NCBI GenBank assembly: GCA_002269645.1
Contig: NIVC01002618.1
Location: forward strand, 62,001 to 126,000
Source of the DNA: Macrostomum lignano
Taxonomy: Eukaryota
Direction of reading: 5' to 3'
DNA length: 64,000 nt
The notes under the pieces are model-generated. The model had not been told where the DNA came from. It worked only from the letters and a program-made list of their open reading frames with translations, and did no database searches. Positions 37,801 through 48,155 of the stretch are shown here, one piece after another. The translations under genes were made by a program, and so were the position numbers. Positions within the stretch are counted from its first letter, which is position 1. Every line of letters starts with the position of its first letter.

Positions 37801-40800
37801 GGCCGGCCGGTCCTTCGGACTGAGGTTGGGGTTTAGAAGGGTCCCCATCCCTAGAAATAGCTTGTTTATCCATAGTCGGCTCGAAGGCCATGATAGAAGG
37901 TTGGTGGGCTACCCTCAAAGGGGCGCGGTACCCACCCGGCCGCTCCACCTGACCGGGCAGTAGGCCAATAGCACCCTCAAGGCTGGCCCGACACCAGGAG
38001 GGGGACCGCTTGCGACCGGACTACTCCCCGGCCTTCCAGCCCATCGGCACGGTCAACACCTTAGGCATTAGAGAGTACGTTGAGCAGTACCACGGCCTGC
38101 AGGTTGGCGAGCCAGACCCGCATACCCAAATTCGGCCGAAGCCACTGGATAGGGTCGCCAGCGCCGGAGCCCAGTCTGTCCAGCAGCCCTAGGGACTGCC
38201 TTGAACACACGCGGGGACGAGTACCCTGGGTCGACTTGCGAGACAGCGTGGGGGGGGGTCTGCGGCTGCCAGAGGCAAATAGAGGGTGCAGACCTCCCAC
38301 CAGCCTTGACCTGCTGAAGATAGGGGCAGGCGTGAAGCATCGCAGACCTTAGCCCATGGGCCTAGTCTGTCTCATACTTCACTGGCATGCTGAATACGCC
38401 TTCGCGTGAGGTTAGGGTTGTGATTTTAGGGGGGGGGTCGGGTAGTGATTGTAGGTGGGGTCAGGATGGTGATTGTAGGAGGTCAGGGTGGTGATTGTAG
38501 GGGGGTCAGGATGGTGATTGTAGGGGGTCAGGATAGTGATTGTAGGGAGGTCAGGATAGTGATTGTAGGGAGGTCAGGATAGTGATTGTAGGGAGGTCAG
38601 GATGGTGATTGTAGGGGGTCAGGATGGTGATTGTAGGAGGTCAGGGTGGTGATGTTAGGGGGGGTCGGGTTGTGATTGTAGGTGGGGTCAGGATGGTGAT
38701 TGTAGGAGGTCAGGGTGGTGATTGTAGGTGGGTCAGGATGGTGATTGTAGGGGGTCAGGATAGTGATTGTAGGGAGGTCAGGATAGTGATTGTAAGGAGG
38801 TCAGGATAGTGATTGTAGGGAGGTCAGGATGGTGATTGTAGGGGGTCAGGATGGTGATTGTAGGAGGTCAGGGTGGTGATGTTAGGGGGGGGGGTCGGGT
38901 AGTGATTGTAGGTGGGGTCAGGATGGTGATTGTAGGGGGGTCAGGATGGTGATTGTAGGGGGTCAGGATGGTGATTGTAGGGGGGTCAGGATGGTGATTG
39001 TAGGGGGTCAGGATGGTGATTGTAGGGGGGTCAGGATGGTGATTGTAGGGAGGTCAGGATGGTGATTGTTGGGGGCGTCATTATGGTGATTGTAGGTGGG
39101 GTCAGGATGGTGATTGTAGGGGGGTCAGGATGGTGATTGTAGGGGGTCAGGATGGTGATTGTAGGGGGGTCAGGATGGTGATTGTAGGGGGGGTCAGAAT
39201 GGTGATTGTAGGGGGGTCAGGATGGTGATTGTAGGGGGGTCAGGATGGTGATTGTAGGGGGGTCAAGATGGTGATTGTAGGGGGTCAGGATGGTGATTGT
39301 AGGTGGGGTCAAAGTGATGATTGTATGGAGAGTCAGGATGGTAATTGTAGGGGGTCAGGACTCTAGGGTTCAGGACAATGGCAGAAAAGTGGGGTCAGGA
39401 TGCAGTCACAGGGGAGGTCAGTGAATGCCCACCCCTGTCCCGCAGAGGCGCACAGCATAGTGAAGGATGGACTGCTGGCCCTGCTGCTGGTGATCATCCT
39501 GGCAGGCAGCTGGCTGGTGCTGGTTCAGCGACAGTTCTTCGAAGATCACCGCCTGAAAGTGGTGGACAACTTGAAGATTGCGGAACAGTCGCTGACTGAT
39601 TTGCAGCTCAAGTGAGAGCGAAATTTATTGCTTGACTGTGATCGCGAATTATAAACTTGTCAATCAGTCAATCGTTGCGAATCTTGCCAACCAATCGCAG
39701 GTTGAACACCGCAGAGAAGCGCAGCGAAAAAGTTCGAGCCGAGAAAGTGCAGCTTGAAGAGCTGTACAAGAGAGAGATCTGCGGCCTGAAGGTTGGTCTG
39801 AATTTCTTCCGGTCTCCGCTGGTGCCTTTCTCTGCCCTCTGCTTCCGCCCCTCTTCTGCCCCCTCCTCTTCCCCCCTCTTCTTCCGCCCTTCTTCCCCCT
39901 CTGCTTCCGCCCCTCTTCTGCCCCCTCCTCTTCCCCCTCTTCTTCCGCCCCTCTTCTGCCCCTCTTCTTCCACCCTTTTTCTGCCCCTCCTCTTCCCCCT
40001 CTTCTTCCCCCTCCTCTTCCCCCTCTTCTTCCCGCTTTTCTTCCCCCTCTTCTTCCGCCCCTATTCTTCCGACACTTCTGTCTCTTTTCCTCCTATCCAT
40101 CCGCCCCTCTTCCCACCGTTCTCTTTCCGTCCCCACTTTATTTCATCCGCTGTTTTCCTCCCTCTGTTTTCGCATTTTTCTCACCCATCCCGCACCGCAC
40201 AGCAGGAACAAGCCAGCCACTGGAGCCGTTCTCGCTGGCTGCCTGGTAGCCAATCAGATTCCACCGGCCAATCAGCTCAGGGTCACGTGACCGTACCGGC
40301 TGACCAATCGGAGCCAGCCGGGCTGCAAGAAAAACTGGAGCAGGCGGAGCAGGAGGTCAGCCGGTTGCGAGTGCTATTGGATCAAACCGCTCGATTGCAG
40401 CAGCCGGTTGGCTTCTGCGGCGCTGGCGGAGCGGAGCTGCAACATCTGCTGCAGATGAGCTACGAGACTGAGCTGCGCTACTGCAATGCCAACCGGTTGA
40501 AGGCCGAGGAACAGCTGCTGAAGGCTTCCGAAGGGGTGAGTCTCGGTTTGTAGCTTTGCTCTGCTCTTCTATGCTGACTTTGGTGCTGCAATGTGGATTC
40601 TGTCCTTTTTGGGGTTGGGATTTGGGATTCGTGTTTTTAGGGATTTGGGGTGTTGGGATTTGGGATTCGTGTTTTTAGGGATTCGGGGTGTTGGGATTTG
40701 GGATTCGTGTTTTTAGGGATTTGGGGTGTCGGGATTTGGGATTCGTGTTTTTTTTAGGGATTTGGGGTGTTGGGATTTGGGATTCGTGTTTTTAGGGATT

Positions 40801-43800
40801 CGGGATGTTGGGATTTGGGATTCGTGTTTTTAGGGATTTGGGGTGTTGGGATTTGGGATTCGTGTTTTTAGGGATTTGGGGTGTTGGGATTTGGGATTCG
40901 TGTTTTTAGGGATTCGGGGTGTTGGGATTTGGGATTCGTGTTTTTAGGGATTCGGGGTGTTGGGATTTGGGATTCGTGTTTTTAGGGATTCGGGGTGTTG
41001 GGATTTGGGATTCGTGTTTTAGGGATTCGGGTGTTGGGATTTGGGATTCGTGTTTTTTGGGATTCGGGGTGTTGGGATTTTGGATTCGGGGTGTTGGGAT
41101 TTGGGATTCGTGTTTTTAGGGATTCGGGGTGTTGGGATTTGGGATTCGTGTTTTTAGGGATTCGGGGTGTTGGGATTTGGGATTCGTGTTTTTAGGGATT
41201 TGAAGTGTTGGGATTTGGGATTCGTGTTTTTAGGGATTCGGGGTGTTGGGATTTTTAATTCGGGGTGTTGAGATTTGGGATAAGGGTGTTGGGATTTGGG
41301 ATTCGTGTTTTTAGGGATTCGGGGTGTTGGGATTTGGGATTCGTGTTTTTAGGGATTCGGGATGTTGGGATTTGGGATTCGTGTTTTTAGGGATTCGGGG
41401 TGTTGGGATTTGGGATTCGTGTTTTTAGGGATTCGGGGTGTTGGGATTTGGGATTCGTGTTTTTAGGGATTCGGGATGTTGGGATTCGTGTTTTTAGTGA
41501 TTCGGGATGTTGGGATTTGTGTTTTTAGGGATTCGGGGTGTTGGGATTTGGGATAAGGGTGTTGGGATTTAGAATTCTGGGTGTTGGGATTCTCGGTTTT
41601 GGGATTTAGTCATTGGGATTTGGGATTTAATTTTAGGGATTTGGGATTCTAGGTGTTGGGATTTGGGATTCTAGGTGTTGGGATTTAAAATACAAGTTGT
41701 TGGGATTGTGGGTGTTGGGATTTGGAATTCTGGGTGTTGGGATTTGGGATTCAAATTGTTGGGATTTGAAATACAAATTGTTTGGATTTGGGAAGGTTTA
41801 TTCTGACGGCACTGTGTAATCAGGTATATTTATTCTGCGAGCTGAGCGCACCCCAGTTTTAAAAAATCCCCACTGCATAAATTTGCTTCCCCAACAAAAG
41901 CTGAACCGCCTCACCAAGAAGCGCACGGGCCTTCTTGCCGGATTCCGCCTGAGCCACTGCGGCTCGTTCGACCAGCTGGAGACCAGCATAGCCTTGGCTA
42001 GGTACACTTGAAGGTCACCAATCTGTCTCGCTCCCCTCCTCACTTAGTTAATATTTATAAATTGTTGTCTTCTATTATTTGTACCCTGTTTAGCATTTTA
42101 GTACAAAATGTTTAGCAAATCTGCATTTATTTGTTCATAGTTTTGTTGCTATTTTATACAATTGATTCCGATCAATATGTTGTATTCTTTTTAGAATTAA
42201 TTTTAGTTTATTATTAAATTGCCAAATTGCATGTTTATTCGGAGAAAATCAATTTTTAGCCTAGGTGTCTACTTACAGTAGGCAGACTAGCTCAGTAGCA
42301 CTATAATTCACAGAATTTGAACTGTCTGATTCCAGTTGGATAGGCTGAAACGCAAGCAATACTCTGTCATTGGCTTGTTTCGCAATGCTTTCGACTCGGC
42401 TGAGATGGTGGACATTGTTGAGCAGGACATTGTTAGGGCTAAGTAAGAGAGCTCGAGTGAGCGCTCAATTGAGCTGCTCCGCTTTGGCTTAACATTATTT
42501 TTTACTTTGTGCTACAAGTTTCTTATTACTGAGGTGTCATGGTTTTATCGCTTAGCATTTGTGGCTGAAGTGGCGCTTTTTACTTATTGAAATCGTGTGA
42601 AGCACCCAAGTACCGAATATAATGCCTCTTGTGTGTCTGAAACCTGAAACTCAGCCTCTGATGTCTATAGCCTGAACCTTCCGATAGCCTGAACCCTCAG
42701 ATAGCCTGAAACCTCAGATAGCTTGAACCCTCATATAGCCTGAACCCTCCGGTAACCTGAACCCTCCGGTAACCTGAACCATCCGGCAACCTGAACCCTC
42801 AGATAGCCTGAACCGTCCGGTAACCTGAACCCTCAGATAAACTGAACTCTCAGACAACCTGAACCCTCAGATAACCTGAACCCTCAGATAACCTGAACCC
42901 TCAGATAACCTGAACCCTCAGATAACCTGAACCCTCAGATAACCTGAACCCTCAGATAACCTGAACCCTTAGATAACCTGAACCCTCAGATAACCTGAAC
43001 CCTCAGATAACCTGAACCCTCAGATAACCTGAACCCTCAGATAACCTGAACCCTCAGATAACCTGAACCCTCAGATAACCTGAACCCTCAGATAACCTGA
43101 ACCCTCAGATAACCTGAACCTGCCTCCTTCATCAACATAGCTGGTCGCAAGGCATTGAGCTCAGTAACCGCAATAAGCACTCACTAACACTAACACTAAA
43201 ACACTAACTTTCGCTGGCTACAATAATTTTCTATAATTTCATAACCAACATTAACCTGGAATTAAGCTCAGCTAAGCTTTGAAAACAATAAAATTTGAGT
43301 TTCTCATTTCAAATTTTATTCAATGCCCGCAGAGAATTCGCCGACAAAGTGAAGCTGGACATTCAGGAGCGACTTCAGCGCTGGTCAAGAATTGAACAGT
43401 TGATAGGATTCAGCATCATCCTGCCCGAGCCTGAGCAGGGCAGAGGTCTGTGCTCACCCGGTTGTCGTGCAGGATTGTGTGCTTGTGTGCTTTTTAAATC
43501 CTTTTGGGTGGTTTTGGATTGGTTGGCTACAATATTTAGAATTCTCATTCATATTGGCAATGTGACTGTGTACTAGGTCATAGAGGCTAATGAGTCATAG
43601 AGGCTAATGAGTCATAGAGGCTAATGAGTCATAGAGGCTAATGAGTCATAGAGGCTAATGAGTCATAGAGGCCAATGAGTCATAGAGGCTAATGAGTCAT
43701 CGGGTCATAGAGGGTAATGAGTCATCGGGTCATAGAGGGTAATGAGTCATCGGGTCATAGAGAGGATAATGAGTCATAGAGGCTAATGAGCCATCGGGTC

Positions 43801-45664
43801 ATAGAGGGTAATGAGTCATTGGGTCATAGAGGGTAATGAGTCATTGGGTCATGGAGAGTAATTAATCATCGGGTCATAAAGGGTAATGAGACATCGGATC
43901 ATAAAGGGTAATGAGACATCGGGTCATAAAGGGTAATGAGACATCGGATCATAAAGGGTAATGAGACATCGGGTCATAAAGGGTAATGAGACATCGGGTC
44001 ATAAAGGGTAATGAGACATCGGGTCATAAAGGGTAATGAGACATCGGGTCAATAAAGGGTAATGAGACATCGGGTCATAAAGGGTAATGAGACATCAGGT
44101 CATAAAGGGTAATGAGACATCGGGTCATAAAGGGTAATGAGACATCGGGTCATAAAGGGTAATGAGACATCGGGTCATAAAGGGTAATGAGACTTACGGA
44201 TCGTACAGGGTAAAGAGTCATGGGGCTATAGAATGTGATTTATTGTGTCACAGAGAGGATATCAGTCATCTGCTTATAAAAAAAGAAATAGTGCTGTGGT
44301 CACAGAAGGCATCGGTGTCATGTGGGCAGCAGTCACCAAGCTGGCAATTGGCCAATTGCAGGACTCAACATCCGGCCTTACGCCAACCTGTGGCGCAGGA
44401 AAACTGCCGAGAAATTCAAGCGTTCGGCAACTCACGCCAGCTGTGAGTATGAAAATAAACTTTTGCTGCATATTTACTGATTGGTTAGTAGTATAGTTAG
44501 TTCATTTGGTTTGCCGTGAGTTGGCCTTTTGTACGAGCTATAAAAACGTACTAAGCTTAATTACCTGCCTTCTTACTAATCACTCGCATCTGCTCAGCTT
44601 TGTTCGCCAAGCACGCCAGCTCGTCTTCGATGCACGAATTGATGCTGCGGGAGGGCCGCCACCACCAGTTGAACATCAACAGCTGCGATGGAGGCAGTCA
44701 TCACTGTGCTGCTGCGGTGTGCTCAGATGCTCAAAACCTGCCTGCTCTTGTGGCTAAACGTGAGTTCACTTTGATTGACAGGTTTTGATTCCTTTTACTG
44801 AATTTAAGTTTACTCTGAGTGTCTTTCAAGCTCACTCTGGGTGTCTTTATAGTTCACACTGGATGTCTTTCGAGTTCACTCCGGGTGTCTTTCGAGTTCA
44901 CTCTGTGTGTCTTTGTTAGAGTTCACTCTGTGTGTCTGTTAGAGTTCACTTTGTGTGTCTTTGTTAGAGTTCACTCTGTGTGTCTTTGTTAGAGTTCACT
45001 TTGTGTGTCTGTTAGAGTTCACTTTGTGTGTCTTTGTTAGAGTTCACTCTGTGTGTCTTTGTTAGAGTTCACTCTGTGTGTCTTTGTTAGAGTTCACTCT
45101 GTGTGTCTTTGTTAGAGTTCACTCTGTGTGTCTTTGTTAGAGTTCACTCTGTGTGTCTTTGTTAGAGTTCACTTTGTGTGTCTTTGTTAGAGTTCACTTT
45201 GTGTGTCTTTGTTAGAGTTCACTCTAGGTGAACTCTGGGTGGCTTTGTTAGAGTCCTCTCTAAGTATCTTAAAGGTATTCTATATAATATTATTGGAACT
45301 GTTTCGTGTAGGATGCAGCGAACTTGAGCTTCAGTGTTGGAAGGGTGAGAACTCCCCGCAATACAAGGTTAAGCATGCGGTCGGGTGTGCAGCTTAGCGC
45401 TCGATTACGATCGTGGCTTTTGCGGTGTTTGTAACTAAGCTGTAGTTGGCACTTGACCCCTGCATTCAAGTATTTTCAGTACTGCCTATAAAGTTTATAA
45501 TAGGGTATGAGCATACTTAGCTTGCTCTACTCATCTTAGTAGTGACTAGAAGGCATAAATGCATCTTGTTTATGCTGCACGGTGCACGACCTGTAACGAA
45601 CTTAAACACAAACTGTACTTAATAGTGGCAGATTGAAGGCACTTTTATTGGCCTTCTGTCTGCG

Positions 45665-45697
<33 letters not shown>

Positions 45698-45772
45698 GTC
45701 TGTGTCTGTCTGTCTGTCTGTCTGCATGTCTGTCTGTCTCTCTGTCTGTCTGTCTGTTTGTTTGTCTGTCTG

Positions 45773-45838
<66 letters not shown>

Positions 45839-45870
45839 CATGTCTGTCTGGCTGGCTGTCTGTCTCTGTT

Positions 45871-45911
<41 letters not shown>

Positions 45912-45914
45912 GGC

Positions 45915-45956
<42 letters not shown>

Positions 45957-46068
45957 CCTGTCTGTGTCTGTCTGTCTGTCTGTCTGTCTGTCTGCCTGCC
46001 TGTCTGGCTGTCTGTCTGTCTGCCTGTCTGTCTGTCTGTCTGTCTGCCTGTCTGGCTGTCTGTCTGCA

Positions 46069-46101
<33 letters not shown>

Positions 46102-46124
46102 GCCTGTCTGGCTGTCTGTCTGCA

Positions 46125-46167
<43 letters not shown>

Positions 46168-46569
46168 GTCTGTCTGTCTGTCTGTCTGCCTGCCTGTCTG
46201 GCTGTCTGGCTGTCTGTCTGGCTGTCTTTAATATTATCTGCGAGTTTGCTACCAGCTTGTCGTACGTATCGTAACTAAACCGGCAGTTCAACTGAAGCAG
46301 CGCCAACCATCCCTCGTCTCCCCGCCCGCAGCCGCAGCCCAGAGCTCCGCCGGCGGCCCCGTTGCGGTTAAAAACGGCGCCCAATCGGGCTGCGGAACTG
46401 CGACAGCTGTCTCTTTCTCGCTGCCTGCCGAGTAAGGCATGACGGATGCTGCATTGATTGCTCAGGATATGAGCGCGGACAGACAGACAGACAGACAGGA
46501 GACACAAACACACAGACAGGCAGGCAGACAGACAGGCAGGCAGACAGACAGACAGGCAGACAGACAGAC

Positions 46570-46623
<54 letters not shown>

Positions 46624-46643
46624 CAACAGACAGACCAACAGAC

Positions 46644-46713
<70 letters not shown>

Positions 46714-47105
46714 GCTGGCACCACCCTCCCCGCTGCAGTGCTGTAGATGACTGCTATCCTGCTGAAGTCGCCCAGTTGCCCGCCCAGCAGCCGCACGCCC
46801 CGCCGCGCATGGGCACCCACAGCCTGTCCGGTCGCCACCCGTTGGCCTCCAAGAATGCGCCGAGGAATGCGGCAGCGCCGCCGCACGCCCAGCAGCACCA
46901 GGCGGAGTCGCCGACTATCGAATCGGTGCTTCTGGAAGAAGCAGAAGAGGACAGAGAAGAGCAGCACTCGCGGGCAACAGCCGAAGATGCGCGCAGCCAG
47001 GACTCGACCAGCTCGAAGCGGGACTCGAGCTCGGGCCCGATTCGGAAATGGCTAAACGGCATCAGGGAGCGAAGGAAAATGAAAGCCAAGAGGCCAGCGA
47101 AATGA
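28863..47105 (+). CDS. STIM: Stromal interaction molecule (STIM): signal peptide, EF-hand, SAM, TM, CC1, SOAR/CAD, polybasic tail. Start-codon exon not located
   Basis: Exons: 28863-29072, 30094-30303, 31623-31848, 39446-39611, 39701-39791, 40203-40535, [41901-42001 or 42336-42442], 43333-43445, then less certain 44362-44442, 44598-44759, (45312-45344), 46287-46431, 46739-47105. Motifs: CQSGNPRC, DDDKNGAVDAAE (EF-hand), YNWTADEVSAW...KAMDLVLFGPP (SAM), KDGLLALLLVIILAGSW (TM), ERLQRWSRIEQLIGF (CAD), RERRKMKAKRPAK-stop. Confidence 0.93.
29165..29990. repeat. 30-bp minisatellite GTAGTTCAAGGTCATTAGGATAGGATTAGG
   Basis: Tandem units. Confidence 0.95.
30365..31520. repeat. 22-bp minisatellite AATTATCGATTTTCAAGATCCC
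   Basis: Tandem units. Confidence 0.95.
31940..32519. repeat. 22-23-bp G-rich minisatellite TCAGGATGGTGATTGTAGGGGG, left copy of the 580-bp duplication
   Basis: Same order of variant units as 38408-38987. Confidence 0.93.
32608..36347 (-). CDS. Retrotransposon ORF2: AP endonuclease + reverse transcriptase + RNase H; one 1-bp frameshift at ~35674 splits it into the two listed ORFs
   Basis: APE: LQINLQH, LIQEPW, GGDLNAHH, LDATL, LSDH. RT: KSPGPDGI, FRPISL, GGPQGGVLTPTLWNL, GYADD. RNase H: CYTDGSK, FQNEVLAI, HSDSQAAL, WVPGHVGIRGNELAD. C-term CSFC...EHFVSIC. Adding one base after TTT-AT gives IAFNIADTKTQSPITWRRNIRNTDWAAY in frame with RT. Confidence 0.93.
36386..37891 (-). CDS. Retrotransposon ORF1 (gag-like, basic/low-complexity ends, central region resembling the DUF4780-type ORF1 of LOA elements; no CCHC knuckle seen)
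   Basis: Open frame immediately upstream of ORF2; first ATG at 37891 (MAFEPTMDK); central VVFVP...IRRVLLRLNPDL motif. Confidence 0.8.
   Translation of the reverse strand: MAFEPTMDKQAISRDGDPSKPQPQSEGPAGPAGRSQPTDSTVAKEGPAGSAGRSDQSYQTQNTLRPASSAGGSKGTASSEPKGPAKSGRSDEAQRARLERKRAKQRAKRQAKKGAAGAKAAASTMDAEATGVPRQPGGPAGGSSSSSAAALPGAAAAAAEAETTAQQMATANKEVPSGATFAAKAKAKIPGVIIQGRDQDWTTDQLQKVWSAVDSYLIELTVEEGISIGVERMVLRSTFVLIAPSSEEDARRLLQRLPTVSLDADLGGALFLREGQRPKTIPYVVFVPAKSTAAGPDVIRRVLLRLNPDLPASGLVYHRKVRRGETGNSIVLGLSSTWASRYPNGSSFQLGALKLKLRRGKSAKGKATANPGISGKSGAQSKAQGKAQADPKAKAASRPSASSSSATAVTAPAEPREPNLPVGEGVEDEAGSSESELSSATLVGSEGKDAGEEASSILSSEPEDSAGGAGGGEEAMDVDQLPSPSQAPAAWDEDDLLSKSP
38170..38409 (-). ncRNA. 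Predicted HDV-like self-cleaving ribozyme at the retrotransposon 5' end
   Basis: Minus-strand RNA: P1 (U)CACGCG 38409-38403 / CGCGUGU 38213-38207; P2 ACCCA 38231-38227; P3 GGG/CCC; L3 UACUCGU; P1.1 AC/GU; P4 hairpin 38204-38179; J4/2 CAGA(C) from 38178; P2' UGGG 38173-38170. Folded by eye. Confidence 0.72.
38408..39350. repeat. Same G-rich minisatellite: right copy of the duplication (38408-38987) plus remainder of the array
   Basis: Direct comparison. Confidence 0.93.
39835..40090. repeat. CT-rich low complexity (CCCTCTTCTTCCG)
   Basis: Direct reading. Confidence 0.85.
40615..41790. repeat. ~38-bp minisatellite GGGATTCGTGTTTTTAGGGATTCGGGGTGTTGGGATTT, degenerating 3'
   Basis: Tandem units. 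Confidence 0.93.
41901..42001 (+). CDS. STIM: STIM SOAR/CAD exon, variant A (LNRLTKKRTGLLAGFRLSHCGSFDQLETSIALAR)
   Basis: AAG acceptor, AG|GTACAC donor, 101 nt, phase 0 to 2; aligns without gaps to STIM1 A380-K413 as recalled. Confidence 0.85.
42336..42442 (+). CDS. STIM: STIM SOAR/CAD exon, variant B (LDRLKRKQYSVIGLFRNAFDSAEMVDIVEQDIVRAK), paralogous to variant A
   Basis: CTGATTCCAG acceptor, AA|GTAAGA donor, 107 nt, phase 0 to 2, open frame homologous to exon A. Confidence 0.82.
42665..43120. repeat. 17-bp minisatellite TCAGATAACCTGAACCC
   Basis: Tandem units. Confidence 0.93.
43577..44190. repeat. 17-bp unit GAGTCATAGAGGCTAAT grading into 25-bp unit GGGTCATAAAGGGTAATGAGACATC
   Basis: Tandem units. 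Confidence 0.93.
44810..45230. repeat. 25-bp minisatellite GTTAGAGTTCACTCTGTGTGTCTTT
   Basis: Tandem units. Confidence 0.92.
45655..46225. repeat. (TCTG)n microsatellite
   Basis: Direct reading. Confidence 0.95.
46478..46712. repeat. (GACA)n microsatellite
   Basis: Direct reading. Confidence 0.95.
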
Positions 47106-47544
47106 GTCTGGCGCAGTTCGATGCGGCCGTATGGATTCAGAAATTGGGTTTTTAATTGTGTCAATATGGACTGTTTTTAGCACCTGCATTGGCTGAATAA
47201 GTCTGTGATTCTCATGCTAGTCCCTCAGCTGGTGTCTGCAACTGTCGCTTTCCTAATCTCGTTCTTTTATAATGAACAAACGCCGACAGTACTACTCTCA
47301 CTAGCTTGTCGTTTTATGCTATGAAATTTTTCTATTGCGCATTTTCTTAATTTAAATTTTGATCTCGGAGATTTGCCCACTCTTCGTGCGGCAGTCTGTT
47401 TCAACCGGATTTCCTGTCAGCTTACCAGTTAGTATTTCATGCCGGCTGCTGCTACCTTGCCTTTTCGGTTGCAAAAATGTTTTGCGATTTCTGAATCAGA
47501 ATGTCTGATGTTTTAAAACTGGTGGCATTCTCACTCTCTCCACC

Positions 47545-48155
47545 TCTATCCGTGTCTGTCCACCTGCCTGTTCACCTGTATCCGTGTCTGTCCACCTGCC
47601 TGTTCACCTGTATCCGTGTCTGTCCACCTACCTGTCCACCTCTATCCGTGTCTGTCCACCCACCTGTCCATCTCTATCCGTGTCTGTCCACCTGCCTGTT
47701 CACCTGTATCCGTGTCTGTCCACCTCTATCTGTGTCTGTCCACCTATCTGTCCATGTCTATCCGTATCTGTCCACCTCTATCCGTGTCTGTCCACCTACC
47801 TGTCCATCTCTATCCGTGTCTGTCCACCTGCCTGTTCACCTGTATCTGTGTCTGTCCACCTCTATCTGTGTCTGTCCACCTATCTGTCCATGTCTATCCG
47901 TATCTGTCCACCTCTATCCGTGTCTGTCCACCTACCTGTCCATCTCTATCCGTGTCTGTCCACCTACCTGTCCATGTCTGTCCGTATCTGTCCACCTCTA
48001 TCCGTGTCTGTCCACCTGCCTGTCCACCTCTATCCGTGTCTGTCCACCTACCTGTCCACCTGCCTGTCCACCTCTATCCGTGTCTGTCCACCTACCTGTC
48101 CACCTGCCTGTCTACCTCTATCCGTGTCTGGCCACCTCTGTCCGTGTCTGTCTAT
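47545..48155. repeat. TCCACCTCTATCCGTGTCTG-based minisatellite
   Basis: Tandem units. Confidence 0.9.

Larger units (their letters stand above)
32520..38407 (-). mobile_element. Full-length non-LTR retrotransposon (I group, probably LOA/Lian-like), antisense in the STIM intron after exon 31623-31848
   Basis: ~515-bp 5' UTR, ORF1, 38-nt spacer, ORF2 (APE-RT-RNase H-C-terminal Cys/His knuckle), ~88-nt 3' UTR. Flanked by a 580-bp direct duplication (31940-32519 / 38408-38987). Confidence 0.95.

Noticed and set aside
38330-38400. Hammerhead-like or standalone hairpin at the element 5' end
   Set aside because: No CUGAUGA/GAAA core; better explained as a J1/2 insert of the HDV-like fold.
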